This document shows positions 42,869-52,185 of a stretch of 64,000 bases of DNA, one piece after another; the stretch's first letter is position 1; each line of letters opens with the position of its first letter. Under the pieces are notes generated by a model that saw only the letters and a list, made by a program, of their open reading frames with translations, ran no database searches and was not told the origin of the DNA. The translations under genes and the position numbers were made by a program. Source of the stretch: an uncultured beta proteobacterium (lineage in GTDB: Bacteria > Pseudomonadota > Gammaproteobacteria > Burkholderiales > Burkholderiaceae_F); assembly GCA_963791235.1 (NCBI GenBank), contig CAWBRW010000008.1, positions 2,871 through 66,870 on the forward strand, in the 5' to 3' direction.

Positions 42869-43514
42869 GACCGCCTCCCGCACGCCGTTGCTCACCGCCC
42901 TGCTGATCGCCACGATCATCGCACTGCTCGCCTCCGGCTGGCGGCCGTATGACCGTCTCACGTGGCTGATGGAAGTGCTGCCGGTGCTGATCGCCCTGCC
43001 GCTGCTGATCGCGACGCGCGAACGGTACCCGCTGACCACGCTGCTGTACCTGCTGATCTTCTTGCACGGGCTGGTGCTGATCCTGGGTGGCGCCTACACC
43101 TACGCCCGCGTGCCAGCGGGACACTGGGTGCAGCAGGCATTCGACCTGTCACGCAATCCCTACGACAAGCTCGGGCACTTCATGCAGGGCTTCGTGCCGG
43201 CCGTCATCGCGCGGGAAATCCTGCTCCGCGGCGGGCACGTGCACGGACGTCGGATGACCGCGTTCCTGTGCGTCTGCGTGGCGCTGGCGATCAGCGCGTT
43301 CTACGAGCTGATCGAGTGGTGGTCGGCACTCGCGCTGGGACAAGGTGCCGACGAGTTCCTCGGCACGCAGGGCGATCCCTGGGATACGCAGTCGGACATG
43401 CTGATGGCTCTGATCGGCGCAATCGCGGCACTGCTTGCGTTGTCCGGCCTGCACGACCGGCAGCTACTGGCGCTGCGATCGGGCACCGCCTCCGACGGTC
43501 GGCCGCCGCGCTAA
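42867..43514 (+). CDS. DUF2238 (YjdF-like) inner membrane protein
   Basis: Start at MTASRTPLLTALLIATIIA. Contains DRLTWLMEVLPVLIALP and NPYDKLGHFMQGFVPA motifs. Its ATG (42867-42869) overlaps the ATG of the divergent esterase gene (complement of 42866-42868). Confidence 0.75.
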   Translation: MTASRTPLLTALLIATIIALLASGWRPYDRLTWLMEVLPVLIALPLLIATRERYPLTTLLYLLIFLHGLVLILGGAYTYARVPAGHWVQQAFDLSRNPYDKLGHFMQGFVPAVIAREILLRGGHVHGRRMTAFLCVCVALAISAFYELIEWWSALALGQGADEFLGTQGDPWDTQSDMLMALIGAIAALLALSGLHDRQLLALRSGTASDGRPPR

Positions 43515-43581
43515 GAGTCCTTGGCGCAACGCGCGCGACCCACCCGCGCCGCGCCCTTGAGCGGCGACAAGTCGGCCGATC

Positions 43582-43716
43582 ACTGAACGTCAAGTTGGGT
43601 ACGCGCAGCGCGAGTGGGATGGCCGGGTCACGCAGGCCTGCGGCAGTGCACTGCCGCAGGCCTCGCAGATCTTTGACCGCGCGCAGTTTGCGCTCGGCCT
43701 GCGTCACAACTTCTAG
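43582..43716 (+). pseudogene. porin gene remnant (last ~45 codons only)
   Basis: The frame reads ..RQVGYAQREWDGRVTQACGSALPQASQIFDRAQFALGLRHNF*. This parallels the porin-2 C-terminus NMYVGYAQREWDGSIRSTTGTLLSTAAQFFDKSQFALGIRHLF*. No upstream porin sequence is present, and the remnant keeps its own terminator. Confidence 0.75.
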
Positions 43717-43738
43717 GCCAATTCAAGGCATCGAGACG

Positions 43739-43773
43739 GCGGCCGCGGCTCAAGCGGCCGCAGTCTTCTTTTT
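43739..43773 (+). terminator. rho-independent terminator retained behind the porin remnant
   Basis: GCGGCCGC-GGCTCAA-GCGGCCGC followed by AGTCTTCTTTTT. Confidence 0.65.
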
Positions 43774-43890
43774 GCCGTCTGTCCGAAATTCGGCGCGTGA
43801 GAGGGGTAATCCGCCATTCAGTGGATTGCCGCTTCTGCATGAACATCCCACTGTCACATTGCGTGCAGACAATGCGCGCCGGAGGCGATC

Positions 43891-44202
43891 ATGCAGATGC
43901 GGATGCGCGAGCGGAACAACGAGGTCGAGATCCAGTTCAGCAGCCTGGGAGGCCGGCAGCAGGCCGTCCTGGAAGCGCTGAGCGGCGCCACGGGCCACGG
44001 CGAGCCGATCGATCGCGCCAAGCTCGAATCGCTGTCGGTGCGCGCCCGTGCAGACGCAATGCAGGTGCGGGTACGCGCGAAATCGGGTGAGTGCCTGGAC
44101 CTGACGCAGCTCTATCGCGGTCTGCGCCGCGCGCTGTTCGAGGACGTCCGCCGCAAGGCGGACGCGTCCCTTGCCGGCTACTGCGCGGAGCCCGGAGCCT
44201 AG
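43891..44202 (+). CDS. hypothetical protein (103 aa)
   Basis: High-GC3 ORF with a GGAGG RBS about 8 nt upstream. I recognise no family. Confidence 0.5.
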   Translation: MQMRMRERNNEVEIQFSSLGGRQQAVLEALSGATGHGEPIDRAKLESLSVRARADAMQVRVRAKSGECLDLTQLYRGLRRALFEDVRRKADASLAGYCAEPGA

Positions 44203-44368
44203 GACCTGTTCACGCTAAATGCAGGAGATGCGTTGGGCCGCAATGCGGATGGATGCGCGAAGGGCGGCGCCGCGAATGGTAGTTCCCCTTCGCAAGCCGC
44301 CCGACAAAGCAGACGCCGCAATGCGTCCGCCACTCCCTTCGCACTCCCGGCTTTAGAGTGAGCAGGCC

Positions 44369-44983
44369 TTAGAAGCGCAGCCCGACGCCCAGCGACATCA
44401 TCGGCGCAAAGCGGGCTTCGTCCGCGAGTCCAGCGGCGTCTAGTGCCCGCGCATCCATTCCGCAGGGTCCGGCCGCTACTCCGCCCGGACAGCCCCAGGT
44501 AGCGAGGCTGCCGCGCTGGTACATCACGCCCAGATCCGCCGTCAGATAAAGGCCGCTGCGCGCAGCCGTTCCCAGGCCCCAGCCAACGCCAAGATAGGGG
44601 TTGCCTCGCGCGGGTGAGATGCGCGCATCCAGCGCGACGCTAGACGACCCGTAGTCGCCCACACTGCGCAGGATGCCGTCCAGGGCCGGACTGGCGGCCC
44701 CGGGGACATCGGCGCGCATCGATCCGTAGGCAAGGCCACCCGTGACACGAAAACCGCTGGCCAGTGGATACCAGTCCGCCAGCACCATCGAACTGGCGAC
44801 GACCCCGTCGCTTGCGAGCAGGCCGGGGCGCCCGCCGACCCAGCCGCGGAGGCCGATACTGGGCGTCAGTTCGACTGCACGATCAGCGCCCAGCGGCGGC
44901 AGGGACAATCCGGGCCCCTGCACCTGTGCCGCAGCCGTTGCGGCCATCAGCATCCACGCTGCCCCGACGATCTGCCATCTCAT
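44369..44983 (-). CDS. small outer-membrane beta-barrel protein
   Basis: Start at MRWQIVGAAWMLMAATAAAQV (signal peptide). Alternating Gly/aromatic beta-strand pattern and a C-terminal ...SLGVGLRF, i.e. a terminal Phe as in OMP sorting signals. Confidence 0.65.
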   Translation of the reverse strand: MRWQIVGAAWMLMAATAAAQVQGPGLSLPPLGADRAVELTPSIGLRGWVGGRPGLLASDGVVASSMVLADWYPLASGFRVTGGLAYGSMRADVPGAASPALDGILRSVGDYGSSSVALDARISPARGNPYLGVGWGLGTAARSGLYLTADLGVMYQRGSLATWGCPGGVAAGPCGMDARALDAAGLADEARFAPMMSLGVGLRF

Positions 44984-45158
44984 GACTGCCTCCGGTAGCT
45001 GCCACCGCACCGCCCTCAAGCTAGGACAGGTCCGACTGGCTGCATAGCCGAAGATTCACGCAAAAGCGGCCCCATATCAGCGGCACTGCTGTGAATGGGG
45101 GATGGCTGCGCCCCCTCGCTTCGGAATTCCGGCCCAGGGCGTCGCAAGCGCGCGACGA

Positions 45159-45548
45159 TTACTCCTCGAACCGGGGCTTGCGCGACGGCGGCGGTCGATC
45201 GCCGCGCTCCGGCCGGCGCGGCGGCCCGCTCCGCTCGCGGAACGACGGAGCACGATCGCGCGGCGGACCGGGCGGCCGACCACCGGCAAACCGGGCTAGT
45301 CGCATCACCAGCCGCAGCACTTCATTCACCGATTCCGAATCGCGGAAGACGCGCGCCACGTCGGGGTCCAGCCGGATCGCGCCCGCCGATGCAACATGCA
45401 TCCGCTCGCGCGGCGCCTCGCCGCGTGCCGGGCGCTCGGCGCGCTGGTACGGATTGCCGACGGTACGGTCCTGCAGCGCACGGGCGCGTGGCCCCGTGCG
45501 CGTGCCGACCGGCGGGCCACGGCGTTCCTTCTTGTCACGCTCCTTCAT
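45159..45548 (-). CDS. hypothetical basic Arg/Pro-rich protein
   Basis: Start at MKERDKKERRGPP with a GAGGAGG RBS. The sequence is mostly disordered and basic. One ordered segment, IRLDPDVARVFRDSESVNEVLRLVMRLAR, resembles the C-terminal helix region of small RHH/BrnA-like proteins. Confidence 0.5.
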   Translation of the reverse strand: MKERDKKERRGPPVGTRTGPRARALQDRTVGNPYQRAERPARGEAPRERMHVASAGAIRLDPDVARVFRDSESVNEVLRLVMRLARFAGGRPPGPPRDRAPSFRERSGPPRRPERGDRPPPSRKPRFEE

Positions 45549-45656
45549 TGGTGCCTCCTCGGGCAGTGTCGGTGTTCGACTCAGAGATGCTCCGCGAGGA
45601 GCCCCTGCGAAAAAAGAAGGCCGCACGTGGCGGCCTTCGCGTATCGAGTTGCAGGC

Positions 45657-47339
45657 TCAGACGGCTTTCTTTTCGTCGCGCAGTTCGCGCCGCAGGATCT
45701 TGCCAACATTGGTCTTCGGCAGGTCGCTGCGAAACTCGATGTACTTCGGCTTCTTGTAGCCGGTCAGGTGCTCCTTGCAGTGCTCCATCAGTTCCTTCTC
45801 GGTGAGCGCGGGATGCTTCTTTACGACGAAGAGCTTGACCGCCTCGCCCGAATTCTCGTCCGGCACGCCGACTGCAGCACACTCGAGCACGCTTGGATGC
45901 CCTGCGACCACACCTTCGACTTCGTTCGGGTACACGTTGAAGCCGGAGACCAGAATCATGTCCTTCTTGCGGTCGACGATCTTGGTGTAGCCCTCGGCAT
46001 CCATGACGCCGATGTCCCCGGTCTTGAAGAAGCCGTCGGCCGTCATGACCTTGATGGTTTCGTCCGGCCGGTTCCAGTAACCCGGCATCACCTGCGGACC
46101 GCGGATCGCGATCTCGCCCACCGAGCCGACCGGCATCGGCTTTCCGGCGTCGTCGAGGATGGCAATCTCGGTCGACGGCATCGGCAGGCCGATCGATCCG
46201 GTGTACCGGCTGGTGTCGATCGGGTTGCAGGTCGCCGCCGGAGACGTCTCCGACAGGCCGTACGCTTCGCAGATCGGGCAGCCCGTGAGCTTCAGCCATT
46301 TCTCCGCAACTGCCTGCTGAACTGCCATGCCACCGCCGAGCGACACCAGCAGGCCCTTGAAATTGAGCTTGCGGAATTCTTCGTTGTTCATCAGTCCGTT
46401 GAACAGCGTATTGACCGCGGGGAATACGTGGAAGCTGTGCTTCTGCAGTTCCTTGACGAAGCCGGGGATGTCGCGCGGGTTCGGAATCAGCACGCAGTGG
46501 CCGCCGACGCGCGCCGACAGCATCGCGCACGCGGTCAGCGCGAAGATGTGATACAGCGGCAACGCGGTGATGACCGTCAGCTGCTCGCCGGACTTCAGCT
46601 TCTTCAGCGCCGGCTGGTACCACGCCTCGGACTGCAGCACGTTGGCGACGATGTTCTTGTGCAGCAGTTGCGCGCCCTTGCTGACGCCGGTCGTTCCGCC
46701 GGTGTACTGCAGGAACGCGGTGTCCTCCAGCGTCACGGAGACCGGCTTCAGCGTCATGCGCAGGCCATCGGCCAGCGCCTCGTTCCAGCGAATCGCGTTG
46801 GGGATCGTGTACTCGGGCACCATCTTCTTCACGTTGCGCACGACGAAGTTGACCAGGATGCCCTTGAAGAAGCCGAGCATGTCGCCCATTGCGCAGACCA
46901 CGACCGTCCGCGTCGGCACCTTGTCATAGACCTGCTGCAGTGTCGTCGCGAAGTTCTCGAGAATGAAAATCGCATCCGCACCGGAGTCCTTGAGCTGGTG
47001 CTCCAGTTCGCGCGGCGTGTACAGCGGATTGACGTTGACGACGGTACAGCCGGCCCGCAGCACGCCCGCCAGCACGACCGGGTACTGCAGCACGTTGGGC
47101 ATCATGATGGCGACGCGCTTGCCCTTGGTGAAGCCACGGCTCTGCAGCCACGCGCCGATTGCGGCCGACTGGGTGTCGAGGTCGTGGAATGTCAGCGTCT
47201 TGCCCATGCAGCTGTACGCGGGCTGGCCGCCATGCTTCTTGAAGGCCTCTTCCAGCAGCTCCACCAGCGACTTGTACTGGTGGTAATCGATGTCGGCGGG
47301 AACGCCGTTGGGGTAGTTCTTCAGCCAGAACCGGTCCAT
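45657..47339 (-). CDS. fadD: long-chain-fatty-acid--CoA ligase
   Basis: 560 aa from MDRFWLKNYPNGVP, with the AMP-binding motif LQYTGGTTGVSKGA and a C-terminal GKILRRELR. The ORF-track N-terminal extension is rejected. Confidence 0.92.
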   Translation of the reverse strand: MDRFWLKNYPNGVPADIDYHQYKSLVELLEEAFKKHGGQPAYSCMGKTLTFHDLDTQSAAIGAWLQSRGFTKGKRVAIMMPNVLQYPVVLAGVLRAGCTVVNVNPLYTPRELEHQLKDSGADAIFILENFATTLQQVYDKVPTRTVVVCAMGDMLGFFKGILVNFVVRNVKKMVPEYTIPNAIRWNEALADGLRMTLKPVSVTLEDTAFLQYTGGTTGVSKGAQLLHKNIVANVLQSEAWYQPALKKLKSGEQLTVITALPLYHIFALTACAMLSARVGGHCVLIPNPRDIPGFVKELQKHSFHVFPAVNTLFNGLMNNEEFRKLNFKGLLVSLGGGMAVQQAVAEKWLKLTGCPICEAYGLSETSPAATCNPIDTSRYTGSIGLPMPSTEIAILDDAGKPMPVGSVGEIAIRGPQVMPGYWNRPDETIKVMTADGFFKTGDIGVMDAEGYTKIVDRKKDMILVSGFNVYPNEVEGVVAGHPSVLECAAVGVPDENSGEAVKLFVVKKHPALTEKELMEHCKEHLTGYKKPKYIEFRSDLPKTNVGKILRRELRDEKKAV

Positions 47340-47454
47340 CGTGGTCTCCTTGTTGCGCCGGCAGCCACCGGCGCCGTTCTTGGATTCGGGTGCACCGTGC
47401 AGCCGCGGTGAACCGATCGATTTTAGCCCTTTGACCCCGGTCGGGCTCCGTGTG

Positions 47455-48591
47455 CTAACGCGGAGCTTGCAGCTGGTCCAGGGCAGCGTTGCGCTGCTCG
47501 GGCGAAAGGGCCGCCAGCCGCTTGACTCCGGCATAGAAGGCGGGAAAGTCGCCTTGGTGCTGGGCGAGCAGCGCGCTGAACGCGGGTACGCGGTCGTTGT
47601 AAGCCGCCACCGCGGCGAGGTGCGCGTTGGTGAGATCCTGGGCGAAGAAGCGGTCGTAGCCGGCGTAGCCGCCCCAGCTCTGTTTCAGCGCTGCATAGTC
47701 CTGCTGCAGTTCGGCAAACAGCTGCCGCTTGCGCGCGCGCTTGGCCGCGTCGGTCGCCGTGCTGTCGTAGTTCTGCTGCAGCAGCGCGCGGTACTTCAGC
47801 AGCAGATTCAGGAACTGTTCGCGCCGCTGCGCGAACTCCGCATACGCCTGGCGCGACGACTCACTGCCATGGACGTCCAGCCAGCGGCGTACGCCCTCGC
47901 GCTCGACGGTCGTCGCGAAGGACTCGTTGAAGGTCGTGTCGCCACCAACGAACACCACCTGGTGCGCCAGTTCATGGAACAGCAGGCCGGCGAGCTGGCC
48001 CTCGGTACCGCCGACAAAGGTGTTGAGCAGCGGATCCGCGAACCAGCCGAGCGTCGAATACGCCGGCACGCCGCTGACGTTGACTTCATAGCCTTCGGCA
48101 CGAAGCCCATCGGCGGCAGCATCGGCCGCTGCCTTGTCGAAGTAGCCGCGGTAGCCGGCGCAGCCCACCACCGGATAGCACCACTGCTTGAGCTGCAGCG
48201 ACAGTTCGGGGGTGGCGAAGACGTTCCACACCACGTAAGGCCGCTTCAGGTCGGCGTAGCGGGTGTAGCTGCCATTGTCGGGCAGGCTCAGCTGGGCGGA
48301 TGCAAACGTGCGCATCTGCTGTGCGCGTTCGAGCCGCTGCTTGAGCGGCGGCGCGGCCTGCGGGTCGGCGATCACATCGGGGATCGGTCGTGCAGCCTCG
48401 AGCATCGCGAAGTGCCCCTGGACCGATTGCGCGTAGTAACCCAGGGTCGAACAGCCGCCGGCCAGGCCCCCAACAAGCAGCAGCCCGCCTGCGGCGGCGA
48501 GCCACCACCTGCGACTGTGTCGCAACGAATTCACCCAGCCGGATGCGCCCATGCGGCGCATTCTGCCGAACTCCGCGCCACGAGGCAGCAA
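47455..48591 (-). CDS. predicted zinc aminopeptidase (DUF2265-like), probable lipoprotein
   Basis: N-terminal hydrophobic segment ending LAGGCS, plus an HExxH-type site (LFHELAHQ). The start is uncertain (48591, 48561 or 48552). It lies 3 nt after the stop of the upstream gene. Confidence 0.65.
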   Translation of the reverse strand: MLPRGAEFGRMRRMGASGWVNSLRHSRRWWLAAAGGLLLVGGLAGGCSTLGYYAQSVQGHFAMLEAARPIPDVIADPQAAPPLKQRLERAQQMRTFASAQLSLPDNGSYTRYADLKRPYVVWNVFATPELSLQLKQWCYPVVGCAGYRGYFDKAAADAAADGLRAEGYEVNVSGVPAYSTLGWFADPLLNTFVGGTEGQLAGLLFHELAHQVVFVGGDTTFNESFATTVEREGVRRWLDVHGSESSRQAYAEFAQRREQFLNLLLKYRALLQQNYDSTATDAAKRARKRQLFAELQQDYAALKQSWGGYAGYDRFFAQDLTNAHLAAVAAYNDRVPAFSALLAQHQGDFPAFYAGVKRLAALSPEQRNAALDQLQAPR

Positions 48592-48594
48592 CGC

Positions 48595-50073
48595 TCAGCG
48601 CGGCAGCTGGCAGACCACCCGACGCAGCTTGCCGCTGGCGGAATCGCGGATCGGGGCGCTGCGCGACATGCGGATCTGCACGGGCCCGACTTCGCAGGTG
48701 TCGAAATAGTTACGCAATGCAATGCGCACCCGACCGCCGCGACCGCGCTCCAGCGCGCCAAGATGGACTGCGAGCACTCCATCCGAGCGCTGCACCACCT
48801 GAAACTCGTGCGCACCGGCGCCCTCTTCGAGCACGGTTTCAAGCGCTAGTGGCACCACCGAGACCTCGCCGCCGCGGAGTCCCGGCAACCGCAGCGTGTC
48901 ATCACATCGTCCCTCGACCGCGACCGAAGGAAAGTGGCTGCCACAGGCGCAGGCGTCCGGGTGCAGCGTCACGGCGTCGCCCAGGTCGTAGCGGATCAGT
49001 GGCTGGATCCGGTTGGCGAGATTCGTCAGCAGCACCGAGTGGGAGCGCACACCCGGGTCGACGGGTCGGCCGGCGCGGTCGATCGGTTCCAGCACGACCC
49101 AGTCGGCGTTGATGTGAAGTCTGCGGTGCGGGCACTCCCAGGCGATCGGCAGGAACTCCGAGGCGCCATAGGCACTGCGCACGCGGCAACCGAACGCACG
49201 CTGCACGCGCAAGCGAGTCGGTTCCGACAGGACCTCGCCACCGGTCCAGATCTCGCGTGGCCGCAGCCGCAGCCGCCCTGCCTCCTGCTCTTCGGCCAGC
49301 ATCTCGGCGGCCGTCGGATAGGTCGCGAGGATCGTCGGGCGATACGCGTTCAGCTCTTGAACCAGCGCCGAACAGGGCTGCAGCAAGGCAAAGGCGCGCA
49401 CGGCGTCGGCCATCCACGGTGCCCAGCGGCGCATGCGCTCGACCGTGGCGACGCCGGCAAAATGACCATCGGTCGCCGCCACCATCGCGTAGCGGTCGCC
49501 TTCCATCAGCTGGCGCAGCAGGTCGGTGGGTGAGCGCAGTCCGCGAAAGCGCTGCGTCTCGAGCGCGTCGTATACCGCCATCGCGTCCGGATCGTGGACA
49601 AAAAAACCGGGCGTGCCGGTCGTGCCCGAACTGGTCCAGACGCCGTAACGCCCACCCAGCGAATGACCGATGCGGTTGGGATCGGCGACGAAGTCCTCGA
49701 TCGCTCGCCGCGTCACGTCCGGCCGAGTGACGACCTCGTCAAAACGCTCCATCAGTTGGCGCTTGCTGACAGGCGGCAGGTCTCCCAGAGTCACGCCGGC
49801 AGCCGGCAAACGCCGGTACAGGCTGGCGTAGAACGGCGATGCCGCGCGCGCGTAGGAAACCAGCGCCCGGAGTCGGCGCTCGGCCGCGTGGGCGATAGCC
49901 CGGCTGGCCAAGTGGGAGCCTTGCCAGACGTCGAAGGCCGCTTCAGCCCAGCGTGCCGGGTCATACGCGGACACATTGGGCAGGTTGAAGAGGGAACGCA
50001 CTGGATGCATCTCGGGTCCGCCGTGCTCGGCTGTCACACGTTTCATTGTGGCCGGTCCACGCGACGGCGCCAT
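48595..50073 (-). CDS. PaaK-like / coenzyme-F390-synthetase-like adenylate-forming enzyme
   Basis: Contains the motif WTSSGTTGTPGFF and has ANL-superfamily architecture similar to phenylacetate-CoA ligase. The start is uncertain (50073, 50046 or 50010). Confidence 0.7.
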   Translation of the reverse strand: MAPSRGPATMKRVTAEHGGPEMHPVRSLFNLPNVSAYDPARWAEAAFDVWQGSHLASRAIAHAAERRLRALVSYARAASPFYASLYRRLPAAGVTLGDLPPVSKRQLMERFDEVVTRPDVTRRAIEDFVADPNRIGHSLGGRYGVWTSSGTTGTPGFFVHDPDAMAVYDALETQRFRGLRSPTDLLRQLMEGDRYAMVAATDGHFAGVATVERMRRWAPWMADAVRAFALLQPCSALVQELNAYRPTILATYPTAAEMLAEEQEAGRLRLRPREIWTGGEVLSEPTRLRVQRAFGCRVRSAYGASEFLPIAWECPHRRLHINADWVVLEPIDRAGRPVDPGVRSHSVLLTNLANRIQPLIRYDLGDAVTLHPDACACGSHFPSVAVEGRCDDTLRLPGLRGGEVSVVPLALETVLEEGAGAHEFQVVQRSDGVLAVHLGALERGRGGRVRIALRNYFDTCEVGPVQIRMSRSAPIRDSASGKLRRVVCQLPR

Positions 50074-50101
50074 GACGCAATCGGGTGGCCGCGCCGATGC
50101 G

Positions 50102-52183
50102 CTAACGCGTCTGCTCGACCTCGACCAGGCAGTCGTAGAAGGTCGGCGCGCGGCCGATGTCGGTCAGCGCCGGGCTCGTCACCTCGTTGGCATTACGACC
50201 GTCGGCGGCCAGTTTCTTCCACCAGATCGACAACGCCACCACACAACCGCGGCGCGCGCGGTCGCTGACACTGGCGCGGAGCCGGAGCGAACCGCGGTCA
50301 TTGAACACACGCACGGTGTCACCGTCGCCGATGACGCGCGCCGCCGCGTCGTCGGGATGGATCTCGAGTGTTGGCTCGCCTTCGGTCGCGCGCAGGCTGG
50401 TGACGTTGACGAACGTGGAGTTGAGGAAGTTGCGTGCCGGCGGCGAGATCAGCGCCAGCGGATAGCGCGCGGCGAGCGCCGGATTCGAGATCGGCCCTTC
50501 ATTGGGCGCCACGTACGCCGGCAGCGGATCGACCCCGAGCCGCGCCAGTGTTTCGGAGAAGAACTCGCACTTGCCCGATGGCGTCGGGAACCGGCCTGCG
50601 GCGAATGGCGCGTGCGTGTCGGGCAGGTCGAGCCGCTCCCAGCCCGCCCGCTTCAGCCGCGGCCAGTCGAACTTCGCGGTCGGCCCGAGCGGCGCAAAGG
50701 CCTGCGCAGCCAGCTCGTCGTCCGACTCGCGGAAGGCCGGCTCGGTGTATTCCATCTTCGCCGCCAGTCGACGGAAGATCTCGCTGTTCGGCAGGGCTTC
50801 GCCAAGCGGCTCGATCGCCGGGTTGTTCGCCAGCAGGTAGAGGTGCCCGTACGACTTGTGCACGTCGACGTGCTCGAGCTGCGTCGTCGCCGGCAGCACG
50901 AAGTCGGCATAGTCGGCCGTATCGGTCTGGAACTGCTCGAGCACGACGGTGAGCAGGTCCTCGCGCGCGAAGCCCGCCGCCACCTCGCGCGACTGCGGCG
51001 CCACCGCGACCGGGTTGCTGTTGTAGACGATCAACGCATCGATCGGAGGATCCGCGTGCAGCAGGTCGTGGCCGATCGTCGACATGTTGATCGTGCGCGG
51101 CGAACGGCCCGCGAGCAGATCGGGTCGGTAGAGGCGCGCCGCATCGACCGGATAGTTGCCGCTGGTGGACAGCAACACCCCGCCAGCAGGATGGCGCCAA
51201 TGCCCGGCGAGTGCCGGCAGGCAGGCGACGGCGCGCACCGCATTGCCGCCGCCGGCGGCGCGCTGCATGCCGTAATTGAGCCGGATGGCGGCCGGCCGGA
51301 TTTCCCAGTAGTCGCGCGCAAACTGCTCCACCTCGCCCGCCGTGATGCCGCAGGTCGCAGCGACCCGTCGCGGATCGAACTGGCGTGCACGTTCCGCCAG
51401 CGCATCGAAGCCCAGCGTGTAGCGCTCGATGTAGTCACGGTCGAGCCAGCCTTCGCGGATCAGCACGTGCATCACGCCGAGCGCGAACGCGCCGTCGGTG
51501 CCGGGCAGCAGCGCGATGTGCTGGTGGCACTTTTCCGCGGTGAGCGAGCGGTACGGGTCGATCGCGATCAGCTTCGCGCCGCGGCGCTTGGCCTCCTGCG
51601 CGCGGCTCCACAGGTGCAGGTTCGAAGCGATCGCGTTCGTGCCCCAGAACACAATCAGCTTCGCATTCTGGAACTGCTCGATGTCGGTGCCGTCGCGCGT
51701 GCCGAGGGTCGCCACCAGCGCCTCACCGCCTGCGGTCGCGCAGATCGTTCGATCGAGAAAGCTTGTCCCGAGCTTGTGGAAGAACCGACTCGCCATCGCT
51801 TCGCCCTGCACCATGCCCATCGTGCCGGCGTAGCTGTAGGGGACGATGCGCTGCGGATCGACCGCGGCAATGGTCTTCAGCCGGGCGGCAATTTCATCGA
51901 GGGCCTCGTCCCAGCCGACGCGCTCGAATCGACCCTCACCCTTGCGCCCGACGCGCTTCAGCGGATGCAGCAGCCGATCCGGGTGGTAGGTCCGCTCGAG
52001 GTAGCGACTGACCTTGGTGCAGAGCGTGCCGGCCGTGGTCGGATGCGACGGGTCGCCGGCGACCTTGACGGCCACGCGCTTGCCGTTGTCCTTTCGGACT
52101 GTCACCAGCATCGCGCAGGTATCCGGGCAGTCGTGCGGGCACGCGGCGCGCACGACCTCCATGCCAGGATCCGCCTCGGCCAT
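50102..52183 (-). CDS. molybdopterin-dependent oxidoreductase (MopB superfamily, stand-alone catalytic subunit)
   Basis: 693 aa. N-terminal Fe-S Cys cluster CPHDCPDTC...LCTKV, followed by molybdopterin-binding and C-terminal dinucleotide-binding regions. No partner electron-transfer subunit gene is adjacent. Confidence 0.85.
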   Translation of the reverse strand: MAEADPGMEVVRAACPHDCPDTCAMLVTVRKDNGKRVAVKVAGDPSHPTTAGTLCTKVSRYLERTYHPDRLLHPLKRVGRKGEGRFERVGWDEALDEIAARLKTIAAVDPQRIVPYSYAGTMGMVQGEAMASRFFHKLGTSFLDRTICATAGGEALVATLGTRDGTDIEQFQNAKLIVFWGTNAIASNLHLWSRAQEAKRRGAKLIAIDPYRSLTAEKCHQHIALLPGTDGAFALGVMHVLIREGWLDRDYIERYTLGFDALAERARQFDPRRVAATCGITAGEVEQFARDYWEIRPAAIRLNYGMQRAAGGGNAVRAVACLPALAGHWRHPAGGVLLSTSGNYPVDAARLYRPDLLAGRSPRTINMSTIGHDLLHADPPIDALIVYNSNPVAVAPQSREVAAGFAREDLLTVVLEQFQTDTADYADFVLPATTQLEHVDVHKSYGHLYLLANNPAIEPLGEALPNSEIFRRLAAKMEYTEPAFRESDDELAAQAFAPLGPTAKFDWPRLKRAGWERLDLPDTHAPFAAGRFPTPSGKCEFFSETLARLGVDPLPAYVAPNEGPISNPALAARYPLALISPPARNFLNSTFVNVTSLRATEGEPTLEIHPDDAAARVIGDGDTVRVFNDRGSLRLRASVSDRARRGCVVALSIWWKKLAADGRNANEVTSPALTDIGRAPTFYDCLVEVEQTR

Positions 52184-52185
52184 GG

